DNA from: Oopsacas minuta
Taxonomy: Eukaryota > Animalia > Porifera
Direction: 5' to 3'
Assembly (NCBI GenBank): GCA_024704765.1
Contig: JAKMXF010000297.1
Span: forward strand, 248,001 to 312,000
Length of the DNA: 64,000 nt
Below, piece after piece: positions 11,201 to 22,954 of the stretch (positions within the stretch are counted from its first letter, which is position 1; every line of letters begins with the position of its first letter). A model generated the notes under the pieces. It searched no databases and was not told where the DNA came from. It was given only the letters and a program-made list of their open reading frames with translations. The translations under genes and the position numbers were made by a program.

Positions 11201-13096
11201 AGTCCTGTCTCATTCTGAAGACTGATATTAGCACCAAATAGTTTCAGTAGACGGATGACAGCTAGAGAATGAGGATAGCGAGCTGCCCAGAGGATTGGAG
11301 GACTGTGAGATATGTCCATAGCATTAGGGTCTGCACCAGCTTCTAACAACACGTGACAGCACTCTAAAGCACGAGTAGATTCTGTCTCTCCTTCTCCTGG
11401 ACCGCTAGTGAAGGCAGCTAGTTGTACTGAGTAGTGGAGAGGAGTAGCTAGTCTGTTATCTCTAAAATGAAAATAATATTAATTATTTTGTCTAAACGTA
11501 TAAATTCTAAACAATTATAATAATGATATTTTGTCTGGATGGCTTATATGTACACTATACAGCAGGCCCTTACCCAGGGGGGCTGATATGAAAAATAAAG
11601 ATATCCCCAAGGCCCACCTAACAAGACGTTCTGGCTACGGCTTTCTATACAGTATAACTCGGTTAATACATACAATTTTGATTCCTGAAGGGTTACGTCT
11701 TTCTGAGTTCTACTGTATGTACAGGTAACGCCTATGTAGAGTGACTAACCGTTATAACAGGTTCTAATTTATAAGGGTCCCACACTCGTACATTACCTTG
11801 GATTGAGATCGCCTCTAGTGTCCTTGAGATACTCTATGAGCATACGAACACACAGAGGGTTCCTACCAGCAGCTGCCCAGTGTAGAGGCATGTGACCCTC
11901 ACCATCAACCACATTAACATCAGCACGTGCCCTAATAAGCTCAGCTAGCACCACGTCATTACCCACACTAGCAGCTAATGTTAGAGGGGTGTGTCCTGTA
12001 TCCTCCTTAGAGTCCATAAGGATAGGCTCCTTCTCTCTCAGCTGAGAGAGACAGGAAGCAGGGTCTGCTCCTTCTGAGCTCTGAGCTAGCAAATGGAATC
12101 CTGTCTGTCCCTGTACATTACGAGCAGATGTATTGGCGCCTTTTTTCACAATCAATCGCAGCTGTTTTGAGGCGGCATATCTAGCTGTGAGGAGGAAGGG
12201 GGTGAGACCTTGCTTGTCTGGGAGATCTAGCAAGGTTGTAGATGTAGATTTGAGTAGACTAGGGAATACAGCTCCTCCAGGATTCATGGCTGCACAATGA
12301 AGCGCTATACGACCCTGATCATCTACAACTGAAGGATCTGATCCAGACTGTGTTTGAGAGAATTAAGAATTATTCATGACAAACGTATTAACAAGTACAT
12401 ACCTTGAGTAACAAATCAACAATCTGTTTAGCATCAATTAGCGCAGCAGCATGTAGTGGTGTATGAAATGGTTTAGAAGACTCTTGTAAGTTAACATTAA
12501 CTCCAGCAGTAATCAACTTCTGGCAAGTACGAAGAGCTTGCTCACTCTGTATAGCATGAATAAGACAGGTACGACCTAACCCATCTGGTAGATCGAATAC
12601 ATCTTTGTTCAAGAACTTCAGGAATATCTAATAGGAGAAATATAGAATAACAAATAATTGAATAATATAGATTTAGTTACTGCACCTGTATGCTAGCCTC
12701 TGCGTTGAGCTCTATTGATAGATGAATAGGATTCATCCCAGAGAGGTCAACTAAGGTGTAGTCAGCGCCCATCTCAATCAATCTAACCAAGAGCTCCTTC
12801 ATATCAAACACAACAGCCCAATGCATAGCAGTACGTCCCTCACTACTGTCTCTTATAGAAAGGTTAGGGTTCAGCTGTAATAATGCTTGTAGTAGTTTCA
12901 GCTCTACAGTTCCCCTTCCTCCTGTCCCTGCGTAAGCAATGATAACCTCCATCAGGGGTGTTATCCCATCCTGAGACAAGAAATCTATATTCACACGCCC
13001 GTATGTTGTGACTGTATGCTCCAGAGCCTCTACGTCACGAGCCTGAATAGCCTGCATCACGCTCTCTTCTTGGGAGAGAACTCTCAGATTCAGCAT
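8255..13096 (-). CDS. Large ankyrin-repeat + IQ-motif + coiled-coil protein, inversin-like; 8 exons (13096-12686, 12627-12403, 12347-11797, 11461-11125, 11068-10152, 10087-9748, 9614-9387, 9157-8255), about 1303 aa
   Basis: Six ORF-track fragments plus the 8255-9157 ORF join through phase-compatible GT-AG introns. Many ankyrin repeats (GRTAMHWAV, HTPLHAAAL, HMPLHWAAA, ASLLHYAAD) are followed by YTPVDFA...ASRKIQKMLRRR, resembling the inversin ankyrin-to-IQ junction. Gene model firm, orthology uncertain. Confidence 0.75.
11650..11715. mobile_element. Short internally deleted TA-flanked CAGT MITE (Tc1/mariner-pogo type) in an intron
   Basis: ta|cagtataactcggttaa...ctgagttctactg|ta; same terminal family as 40032-40285. 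Confidence 0.6.
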
Positions 13097-13415
13097 AACT
13101 TAGCTACTCTTAATAAAGTGACAAATGATAAATACTAATTATGAACTTGTGGCCTATTTCAAGGAATAGAATAGAGTTTTATTTGAAGAATATTGACATG
13201 TTTTCTCTCTACCATCTGTGTCTTGGACTTGGTAGAATATCCATTTTGAAGAACGTAGTTTATCATATATCCCCATTGGATAGGATATTTACCTTCCTCC
13301 AGTAATGCTGAGAGTCTGAGACCAGAATAGAAAAGTTTCCTTGTGGCATTACTTGAAATTTACAAATGTGTACATAGTTAACAAATTCATTATCATCAAT
13401 GTGAGAATCAAAATA

Positions 13416-13598
13416 CAGTAGAACTTCGTTAATACGTACACCAAGGGACCGTCGAGATTTGTACTCCTTATCCGGAGTATGTATTAACCGAAGTAAAAGC
13501 AATTGAATATCCATTGTATGGACTAAAATTGTGTAAAATTCTGTTCGTATAAACCGGAAATTCGTATTAAATGTGTTCGTATTAACGAGGTTTCACTG
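13416..13598. mobile_element. TA-flanked CAGT MITE (Tc1/mariner-pogo type)
   Basis: TIR cagtagaacttcgttaatacg / reverse complement cagtgaaacctcgttaatacg, TA on both sides. Confidence 0.75.
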
Positions 13599-13946
13599 TA
13601 ATTATTGATAATTATTCTTCTAAATACTCCGCGAATCCTAGGTCCAAAGATGTTACGTAAACGACTATCTCCGATACTCCTGAAGTCGTTCTGGTCAGTG
13701 AATAGGGAGGCCATGATATTTCAACATACCCGTCAGCATTGGCGCAACTAGGCTCCCAAGTCAGAGTGGCAAAAATGACGTTATGCCCACCCGTCCTATA
13801 ACTTTTGTAATATGGTGGAGCTGAATATGGGTGGGGACTATGCAGGCGCCCACCCAAAATTGACTCTAGTTGGGCCTATGACCATCAATTCATCACATTT
13901 GATTAATAGAAGTAAATTCTAAATAAAATAAGGATTAAAATAATAT

Positions 13947-14483
13947 CTAAGTGAGGTTGTAATAACTGATACGTTGCTTAAGTTCACGTGGTGTTCTATT
14001 TTTGAGAAGAATCGATATATTAACTAGAGAGCGAGAGAAGAGGAGCTTATCCTCCTCAGAGGTCCATGGTTGTCCACCCTTACCATCTAACAGCTGTTTC
14101 GCTGTAAATACATTGGCAGAGCAGGTGTGAAAAGCGTACACAGCTTTAGGGATTGAACATTGACATAATGTAACGAGGGCAGAGATTGATTCTGTAAGTG
14201 ATTGCAGAGATCTCATGTCTTTAACTAGTACACGACTCCGTTCAGTGGGAAGGAGAGCTTTTCCAGGGCTGATGGACAGGGGATCCCATATAAGATGTTC
14301 CTGTTGGCTTTCCGAGCAATTATTATTGCTTGTCTTTGATAAAGAAAGATCAGTCATTGAATCAACTTCAGATAAAAACATGTCTACTTTCATGGCAGTG
14401 CTCTCCTGCTGAGATAGAACATCCTCTGGAGTTGTATCCATCCAAATGTGAGGCTCTACTATTTTAATTATGTCATCAGTCAT
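13947..14483 (-). CDS. 178-aa protein ending in a Rap1/TERF2IP C-terminal (RCT)-like domain
   Basis: C-terminal ISALVTLCQCSIPKAVYAFHTCSANVFTAKQLLDGKGGQPWTSEEDKLL...LLKNRTPRELKQRISYY follows the RCT pattern (AF..SG....A...L...W+..DD..L...LV.K.G...V..RI.F). In-frame TAA immediately precedes the ATG. Confidence 0.6.
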   Translation of the reverse strand: MTDDIIKIVEPHIWMDTTPEDVLSQQESTAMKVDMFLSEVDSMTDLSLSKTSNNNCSESQQEHLIWDPLSISPGKALLPTERSRVLVKDMRSLQSLTESISALVTLCQCSIPKAVYAFHTCSANVFTAKQLLDGKGGQPWTSEEDKLLFSRSLVNISILLKNRTPRELKQRISYYNLT

Positions 14484-16310
14484 TTATAGCTCATGAAAGA
14501 ATTCGGGACTAATGTTTTAAGCATACAAATTCAAATGATGATAGGCTGCAGTCAGGGGAAACACTCAATCAACCCTGGTGACTATTATTTCGTCGATTTA
14601 GCTCTGGAGTAGGATTACCGTAATCGTTCTGATGCCGGCGCCGTTCTAGGTTAACCGCTCCTTCCGGTAAAAGGGATTTTCCCTGTCCTATTAAAAGGCG
14701 CTCCACGTCCCAGAAGGAATAATTTGTTTTTTGGCGCTTACATTATTAGAGCTTACGGTTGCACTTTGTCAAAATTACATATATTAGAATTCAAAGAAAA
14801 GAAGTTGATTTTACTTATATGTCGGCGAGATTTTTCTATTCACTTTTTAGTGTGTTGAAAGGTCACTATTTATCCTGAGGGATAGGTTTTTTAATATAAA
14901 AATTATCGCTGACATATAAGTAAACTGTTAAAGTATCACTCTACAAGAATCTGAGGTTGAAAAGCGAGACTAGTTGAATATCTAATAGTGTCAGTAGTTA
15001 CTATGTGTAGTCATTTGAAATGTGTCTATTTATCTACTGTTGCTCTTCCATAGATTACCTGGGAGGGCTCTTGGTTAGGCACCGTCTGGTACCAATCATA
15101 TTTATTTGTTTCAAAATAATGGCGCCCCTGGACACGAAATTATTAAAAATGTACAGCCGACAGACTGGTAGTGCAGCTCAATGACAAGGTTATATATTTA
15201 TGTTCTTTTCAGGGCGGCACTTACATGATCGACTTACCGTGATAGATTACCCCTGAGTAGCAGGTAAAACGAAAATCGCTAGCATGATTTTGAATGATAT
15301 GGAAAAAGGTGTGAAAATATGATTAATCACCAAAAAGGTGTGAAATATTCACTTTAGAAAAATTTCATATCGAGGTGCAAATATCCGACCCAAAATACAG
15401 ATGTGTACCAATTTTCATGTGAACTGGACTGCTAGATTTCGCACGACCGCGTGGACGGAGGGACGTCGCACATCGTCTACGCCATTAGAGCATCCCCCTA
15501 TAGGAGCTGCACTAAAAAAAGCGCCTGAATTAGAATAAATACGGTATGTGATCGTTGTGAGGCGTTTATGGGACTCCCGAGTTTTAGGTCCGGGGCGCCC
15601 AAAACGCGCTCACACCTGTCACAGTGAAGTGTTCCTCGTGAATACTGCTCTCCCGAAAGTTCATTCACTTGAGAATATAGTCCCCCCAATGTTCCCTTTT
15701 TGATGAATATTGGTTCCTAAAACATTATTCTCTCGGGAAAATTGTTCCCTAAACTGTTCAAAATTAAGCTATTAAAACAAAGCATTAAAAGAGCGCACTA
15801 TGAATCAGGAGAAGCAGGTGGAGCGGCGCTCAATTTTCGAAGGAGGGCCCTCTCTGGAGCGCTCTTCTATTTTATTGCAAACAATTTACGATTTTCATTG
15901 TCATTCTGCATCAAATTCAGTATTCTTAATATAAAAGTGGATTTTGGGACACTTTTGTATAATTCACAATCAAATAACTTATAAAGCTTAGCTATATATA
16001 AGGAATCTCATTCACAATTTATTGAAATGGATTGACGTTGCACATTTAGCAATTCTTCGAATGTATAATGGTTAAATTCAATCCTGATTACTTAAAATAT
16101 AAATCTAATGTAAATCTGAAAGAATGAAAAAGGATCGCGATTAGAGCGCGCTGAAATTTTCCTGGAGCGGGGGTCGGAGTATGCTCCTTTTCTGAGTGAG
16201 GAGAAGAAATGAGAGCGCGCTCCAAAAAATGAGAACGCATCATGCTCTGTAAAAGCGGAATATGTAACTATGTACCTTTGAGAGAGGATGGGGTCTTTAT
16301 TTGAGGTATT

Positions 16311-17302
16311 AACAAGTACAATGGACATGTCCATTAGGTACAGTAGACAAGTCCATTAGGTAAACTGCATGTACGTGTTCAAGACTAGTGTCATTGGACA
16401 TAGGAGATCCCCTCCTCCCCGATGAATTAAAAAGTCAAGTTTGCATGGTCACAGAGTCCACGTCACGATCGTAACGAATCGAATAAATAATGCCAAATTC
16501 TCTTCACTTATAGTGAGTATAAATGTACTCATTTAACAGTAACTCTTCTCCTATAGATAATGGCATCAAACAGACACATCCTCCAGCAATTGACAACCAA
16601 AACACCTCATCCCACACTCCAAGAGGCCAGGATCAGATCCCAACTTGCCACTTCACGATTGTAACGAATCCAAGAAAGAAAGTGTTTCCTTTTGACGCCG
16701 CCCCACCTTTAATTAACCCCGTTTTGGGAGAATCCACTGTATAGTTTTCTATTGGATGTTGACCAAAACCTCTAGAAATTGCTTAAGAGCAAGTCGGTTG
16801 CTTTACAGTCTCCTTTCTCAGATATACTCTGGGGATATTCGTCAAAAACTAATACATGATCCAGCATCTTACATGGGGGAACACCGTGGAACATGGTAGA
16901 ACATCGTGGAATATGGTAGAACATGCTTGAAACTGCTGGAAACTGCTTGAAACTGTTGGAAGCTGCTACAAACTGATGGAAATTGCTAGAAACTCCTGGA
17001 AACTGTTGGAGACTGCTAGAAACTCCTGGAAACTGCTAAATCCAAAAGAATGCCAATTTCTCTTCATTTATAGTGAGTATAAATCCACTGACGAACAATA
17101 TTGTCTCTATTTTATGAAATTTCCAATTCAACATCTTGCAACACTCCTTCTATCGCTACTCTAGATACCAAGCATGCGCCCTCGACTTAGAGTAATGAGC
17201 ATGCACACTTGACTTTTTAATACCTCGGGAAGGAGGGGATCTCCTATATCCAATAACACTAGTCTTGAACACGTACCTAATGGACATGTCCATTGTACTT
17301 TT
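16311..17302. mobile_element. About 990-bp non-autonomous foldback-like element with ~103-bp TIRs and an internal 10-bp tandem array
   Basis: 16311-16447 and 17200-17302 are inverted repeats (7 mismatches in ~103 bp plus a 33-nt insertion in the left arm); each starts with the palindrome aatggacatgtccatt. Internal direct repeats at ~16489 and ~17049. Confidence 0.75.
16871..17040. repeat. Minisatellite, 17 units of 10 bp (6 x ACATGGTRGA-like then 11 x AACTGCTGGA-like)
   Basis: Direct reading of phased 10-nt units; no spacers. Confidence 0.9.
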
Positions 17303-18095
17303 TATATATGCTTTATTTACCTGTTTGAACAGGTTTAATTTCCGTAAGTTCCATCTGCGGATACACTTATTTAATCGCTCCTTGATTCCGCATGTAGATA
17401 TACATTTTAATAGCTTCTCAAAATGATTCCCTACTGTATAATTTTCGGGGAACACTATTCATAAGCTAGAAGGAAACCATATTTCCTAAGTTAATAATAT
17501 TGGATTTAGAGATGGATAATAGAAGATCTACCCACCATAATGGGGGTGCACGAAAATGTGGTCCCCTGGAAAATTACTCCAGGGAGACGAAAGTTTCATG
17601 CAAAATTGGCTCATAGTGGGTGGGACCAAATTTTGTGGGATCATTTTTCCAGTGACAGGGCAATAGTATAGTATCGTATATAGTTGCGTCTCATGGATTT
17701 ACAAATTTAAACACAATTTCACTTTGGTTTTCCATAACTTCCATTCCATGGAAAGGGGAAGGACCCAATTTTTTTTGTTAATTTGTATCCTAATTCAAGA
17801 TTTATTGGTATAGGTTTGTTTGAAAAACATCTACGTTAGCTAAATAAAAACAACTTCGCGTATTGTAATTGTATTCTGACCCCTAAACTAGTCATGTGAT
17901 TTACTGTACGTATTTTCTGATGTTATGTTAGTTAGAATGGAATGTTTGGTATGCAAGCATACATTCATTCGATTAGGTAATTACAAAAGACATTTGGTTA
18001 AAGATCATCCTAACTTTACAGATATCAAAACTCACTCAAAAGGTAAATTGAAATCATTTATTTCTCTGTTCCTCGACCATAATCATATAATTTTA

Positions 18096-18232
18096 CAAGG
18101 TTGAAACCGATCGAACCGAATATCAGTATTCAAGAATAGTGGCCTAACCGGATACTGATAATATTCGGTTGGCCCAACCGAATACCGAATATCAGTATCC
18201 TATTCGTCAAATATTATTTGGTTGCAACCTTG
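18096..18232. mobile_element. hAT-like MITE with internal ACCGAAT repeats
   Basis: TIR caaggttgaaacc / caaggttgcaacc; flanks taatttta and aattttta resemble a decayed 8-bp TSD. Confidence 0.6.
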
Positions 18233-18746
18233 AATTTTTATCATATTGTCTTTTGGAAGTGGTATAAATATTTGTAAAGTAACCAAGAGAAGCCAACTAT
18301 CACGGATTCCCGCGCTCTAACTATAAATTTGACGGGTTGATGACTCGTTAACTGTACATTTTTATGCAGAGATGTCAGATCTCACAGATTTAGACTCTAA
18401 ACTGTCATCTTTGTGTAACGCTTTTCTAAAATTGCTGCACTGTTATCAACTCACAAATATGAGGATTAGGATAAATACACCATACCCATGAATTTGCTTC
18501 TGAAAGTACCTAAACCTCAACCTATACTACTGGGGAGGTAGTTATGAGGGGATATGGACCTGGACAGTTAATCGGGTCAAAATGGCCTTGTGCCGATGTG
18601 ACCCTATTAAGTGGAGTCTATTGTATATGCTTTACATTCTTTTTAAACAATATAGCCATATAAGGTTCAGAATAAACGACTCTATATAGACATAATACAA
18701 ATAATACTGAATCTATAACAACAATAACATACGATTATGTTATGAA

Positions 18747-19130
18747 TCATTTGGTTAGAGATTTGAATTTATTCTCCAGCTGTTTGCTAGCAGAATCTAG
18801 TTTCATAACAGCATGCTCTAGCTGTCCTAAGTTAGAATCTAATTGGTCAATCATAGCGAAATAAGGCATCAATTCCTCATATTTATCATCCAATTCTTGT
18901 GTTTGTTTAGTCATTTCTACACATTTTACAGTCAATTGTTTATATTTATTTGTTGTCCCGTTATTCATCTTTGTCAACAATTCATATTCAGATGCATTTG
19001 TTTCAAGTTCTCCTTGCACATACTTTGAAACGTCTTCAAACATTTTCTGTGATTTCGTACGCATTTCGTTTCGTGTATCAGTTCGTGACGTCACGTCCTC
19101 AATACTAGTAAAGTTTTGATCTTCTGCCAT
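18747..19130 (-). CDS. BLOC1S2: BLOC-1 subunit 2 (127 aa), intronless
   Basis: MFEDVSKYVQGEL...EYELLTKMN...KY...LMPYFAMIDQLD..L.QLE.AV.KLD..SKQLENKFK matches the family pattern and length. Confidence 0.9.
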   Translation of the reverse strand: MAEDQNFTSIEDVTSRTDTRNEMRTKSQKMFEDVSKYVQGELETNASEYELLTKMNNGTTNKYKQLTVKCVEMTKQTQELDDKYEELMPYFAMIDQLDSNLGQLEHAVMKLDSASKQLENKFKSLTK

Positions 19131-19568
19131 TTAGCTTTAGTTCAGTTCCAATTATAGTAACTAAATTTTAATAACATGGCTGAATAGGATTAATTTATGG
19201 TTGCATTGTAATGGCAATTTGTATGGTACGATCTGCTGAACCTGTGTTCATATCTACCATATAAAATCGGATAATCAACTCAAGAGTGTGTTAACAAGTT
19301 CGAGGAAAATGTAGAACACCTCAGATCTTGTCAATTTTGATAAGGGGCTTTAATGCTCTTAAAACAACAGAGGCGCGTCGGTGCTTGACTTAGTAGCCCA
19401 AGCCTACCGTGCTATATAGTAACATATTCCAGATGGCAATATTGTGAGTCACTATATGTTGATACCCGATAAAATAGCTAAATATATTGTCCAACATTTC
19501 CATCTTCAACAATACAAGTCACAGTATATTAAAAATTATAAATTGAAGTTATATTTATACTCCACAGG

Positions 19569-20615
19569 TACAACAAGTGTCAAAAGACTGGTTAACAAAT
19601 GTCCAACTTGTAACAAATCATATCCCTCACCTCACAAACTGAACTTACACAATAGAATTCATTTAGACACCTTAGCTTATCCCTGTACACTTTGTCCTGA
19701 CAGATTCACAACCAAGACCAGATTGAGATTACACACTGAAGGGAAACATTTACTCGGAGAGTTTAAATGCCTTCAATGTACCCAAACATTCTCGAGTCAA
19801 TTATCAATGAATAGACATAATAAAGTTCATTCAGGTATTTAAATTTTGTTGATTCTCACTGACACTTTATCTAAACTAATTGTGATGTATTAGAAAACAA
19901 AGAAAAATCACAGCGAACTAGGGACAGAACTTATGAGTGTAAAGTTTGTGGAAAAAAATTCTCAAAAAGTACCGATTTTACAGAGCATAAGCAAACCCAT
20001 GATGAAATGAAATGTTATTATTGTGATATGTGTGATGACACATTTACGAATAGTGAGTTTTACGAGGATTTGTGATAGCCACCGTATTTCCTTATTGTTA
20101 AATATAATTTTAAGACCGTCTAATTGTATAGTGTTGACTCAGGTTATCTCCCCGGACATAGTTCAAAAAATCCCCAAACTGTTTATATGGGTTTTCTCGG
20201 TCTACAAAATGTTGTTTAGATTCTATGGGAAATGTATAAACCGTCTATTTTAAATTTTATGTTTCTTCTAGAAAATTCTTTAAGAAAACACCAGATTTGC
20301 CATTCAACAGAAAAGCCATTTAAATGTGAATGTTGTGGCAAATGTTTTGCTCGTAGAGGAGATCTCAACGTACATTCACGTAAACATACGAATACACGGA
20401 ATTACAATTGCCATATTTGTAATAAATCATTCTTCAGAAGCTCACATTTGAAATCTCATCAGAAATTACACTCAAGAACTCTGAATTGTATCAAATGTGG
20501 ATTTGAATCAAATCAATTCACAGAGTTTGTTCAACACAGAAATTCTTGTAAAGTTAAAACTCATGAGAAGGTATTGTATGAGATATTAACTATCCATGGT
20601 TACACTGTTCATTAG
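19569..20615 (+). CDS. C2H2 zinc-finger protein, 7 C2H2 fingers plus one C2HC; exons ~19569-19834, 19894-20052, 20272-20615, first exon/start unresolved
   Basis: CPTC..HNRIH, CTLC..H, CLQC..HNKVH, CKVC..HKQTH, CDMC..HQICH (rebuilt across the 20053-20271 intron), CECC..HSRKH with TEKPF linker, CHIC..HQKLH. Confidence 0.85.
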
Positions 20616-20685
20616 TCACAATTCTTAAAATTTTCGCTATTTATTAAATATTCCCCAATTTTACAATATGAATAAGATGCTAATG

Positions 20686-20829
20686 CAGCGGTTCCAACCT
20701 TTTTTCACCGTTGGACCACCTATGCCAATTTAACACATTATGTGGAGCCCTTCCATTCACTGCAATACGAATTTTGAGATTATGTAGGCCCCCTACTGTC
20801 GCCCGTCGACCCCAGGTTTGGAACCAATG
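20686..20829. mobile_element. hAT (Charlie-like) MITE with a perfect 8-bp target-site duplication
   Basis: TIR cagcggttccaacc / ggtttggaaccaatg; tgctaatg at 20678-20685 and 20830-20837. A shorter relative sits at ~62013-62096. Confidence 0.85.
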
Positions 20830-20902
20830 TGCTAATGTATTCTAGAATCTAGAATGCTAGTACTATGGTACATGGTGTATATCGTATATATTGTCAATTT
20901 CA

Positions 20903-21545
20903 ATGTTTATTACGTTACTCATTATTATATTATTATCAGTGTTATCAACTTTATACGTTATACAGGAATTGGATTTGTCCCAGTTGAATGAGTCAGATTT
21001 TATGAACAGACCTTCACCAATCAGTATATATTCAGAAGACAGGCCTACACTCTCTCCTCTTCTGTCCGATCTATCCGATGAGTTTGATGCAGAATACCAA
21101 CAGCTGTCCCTCATGTCTCACACTGCTAATGAAGCTGTCACACAGGTATTGCTATTATTCCTGTACAAATCCTCCTCACTTAAATGCTATAATTATGGAA
21201 AATGTAGTTCCTTTGAACTTGACATAACAAATGTGTGATAAATCTATGTATATTTGTAAGTTTATGCGAAATGTTTACACATCCTTTTTACCCAGCTGAT
21301 ATTCTATTGGTATACTTTGTTCTTCTGCTTCTTTTTAGGCGCTGAAATCCGTAGTACATACCCCTGATATTTATGACGTCACACCAACATTCTCACACTA
21401 TCCTTTCTCTTATCAACCTTCTGAGTATCCATCTACCCAATTTGATGAGTTTATGTTTCCCACCAATATGCATATACTTGGTTCCGGTTTAAGAAGTGTT
21501 AGTTCTGATGACGTAATAACTCCGCTGATTGGTTCTTATGTGTGA
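20903..21545 (+). CDS. Orphan acidic Ser/Pro/Asp-rich protein, 2 exons (20903-21145, 21339-21545), 149 aa, possible signal peptide
   Basis: Phase-0 intron CAG|gtattg...cttctttttag|GCG joins two open frames; strong polypyrimidine acceptor. The N-terminus is ambiguous: the hydrophobic leader could be AT-rich intron. Confidence 0.55.
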
Positions 21546-21909
21546 TAAAATATTTCGTATTATTTAGTATTTTTCAGAGGCAAATTTTTTCTAACAAATG
21601 CAAGCTTCGTAGCAGTTGTGATGGATTATACTATCGAGCTGTCTACTATTGGGTATTGATAATTCACTCTTTCTGCTAATCGTATCTGATTTCATGCAAC
21701 ATCCCCAGATACAAATGTATAAGTTGCTAGCGTTTTGGAGTGGGATCGGGAAGTTATACCTTATTTCCATATTCGTTTGCTATCGCTCTCTCCTAACTTC
21801 TAGTTCTACCACGTCACTGTGTTCACGGGCTAATTGCTGGAATTTATTCAATTTTATAGTACTTACTTATTACTATATTACAAATTTAGCATTTTCTTAG
21901 TTATTTCTT

Positions 21910-22818
21910 ATGGCTACATCTGAATATTCTTCAAAACAAGATCCTAAGCTTGATATACTAGTCCCAGGTCCTCACCATGACCTACTAGCTGGTAGCTTTA
22001 TCAATGCTAGTGGACTTAAAATTAATACCCGCTATTGGCAACCTAAATCAGAAATCAGAGCATTAGTAGGTATTCTACACGGCTATGCTGCACACTGTAT
22101 GCGGTATGATAAAGTAGCGACAAGTTTGGCAGAAGATGGAATATTCTGTTTTGGACATGATTACCAGGGGATGGGAGAGAGTGAGGGAGAACGTGTTCCA
22201 GCTTTAGACTACACCGTATACACAGCTGACATAATACAACATATAGCCTTAATACGTTCCAAATATCCTTCATTCCCTCTGTTCCTTGTTGGACAGTCAA
22301 TTGGCTGTTTGCTTATACTCATGTGCTTGCTAGAGAGAGGAGATTTGTGTCAAGGAGTGATACTATTAGGAGCTTGTATCAAGCCAGCTGTTGGTTGGGC
22401 TCCTCGTCTCCTACTCTCCTGTGCTAATTATCTAGCTCCCGGATACTCCCTGATCGGATCAGACTCACGATCGCTCTCTCGTGATCAAGAAGAAGTTAGG
22501 AAATACCAAGAGGATCCATTAGCATGGAATTCTGGCTTATCTATTGGATTTATACATTCATTCTTCTCACATATCGATATGGTTAGACCTCGTCTTGGTG
22601 AGATAACTACTCCTACCTTATTATACCATGGAGGAAGTGACACAACTGTATCTCCTGATAATGCTCACGTCATTCATGAGGCGATCAGTAGCAGTGATAA
22701 AGAGGTACGCGTGATACCTCTGTGTCTGCACTCTCTGCTACATGAATTGGAGCCAGAGAGGTCTAATGTTGTAAACGGAATAAGAAAATGGGTGTTAGAT
22801 AGAGCTGTTACTAAATGA
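21910..22818 (+). CDS. MGLL: Monoglyceride lipase-like alpha/beta hydrolase, intronless
   Basis: HGYAAH, HDYQGMGESEG, nucleophile elbow GQSIG, Asp in GGSD, His in LHSLLHE. Confidence 0.85.
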   Translation: MATSEYSSKQDPKLDILVPGPHHDLLAGSFINASGLKINTRYWQPKSEIRALVGILHGYAAHCMRYDKVATSLAEDGIFCFGHDYQGMGESEGERVPALDYTVYTADIIQHIALIRSKYPSFPLFLVGQSIGCLLILMCLLERGDLCQGVILLGACIKPAVGWAPRLLLSCANYLAPGYSLIGSDSRSLSRDQEEVRKYQEDPLAWNSGLSIGFIHSFFSHIDMVRPRLGEITTPTLLYHGGSDTTVSPDNAHVIHEAISSSDKEVRVIPLCLHSLLHELEPERSNVVNGIRKWVLDRAVTK

Positions 22819-22954
22819 ACATTTGTATTCACGATTAATATAAGTATATGATTTCATATTCGTTGTATATCTTCGAATTTCTCCAACGATAACGCTACTA
22901 TCGAATTATCTATCAATTACATACTTCCATACCCTGCTATATAGTTGATTAGGA

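Noticed and set aside
14590-14735. GC-richer segment with hairpins, GCCTTTTA (U5 loop-like, minus strand) and a T-rich Sm-like tract, next to the Rap1-like gene
   Set aside because: Stems around the motif do not fit U5, there is no CTAACCCT template for a telomerase RNA, and no SL RNA structure could be supported; more likely a transposon remnant. An Infernal/Rfam scan would settle it.
15040-16260. Exon-like fragments and clustered GAGCGC motifs
   Set aside because: No open spliced frame; probably degraded repeats.
16871-17040. Regular array considered as CRISPR-like
   Set aside because: Contiguous 10-bp units without unique spacers, in a eukaryotic context with no cas genes.
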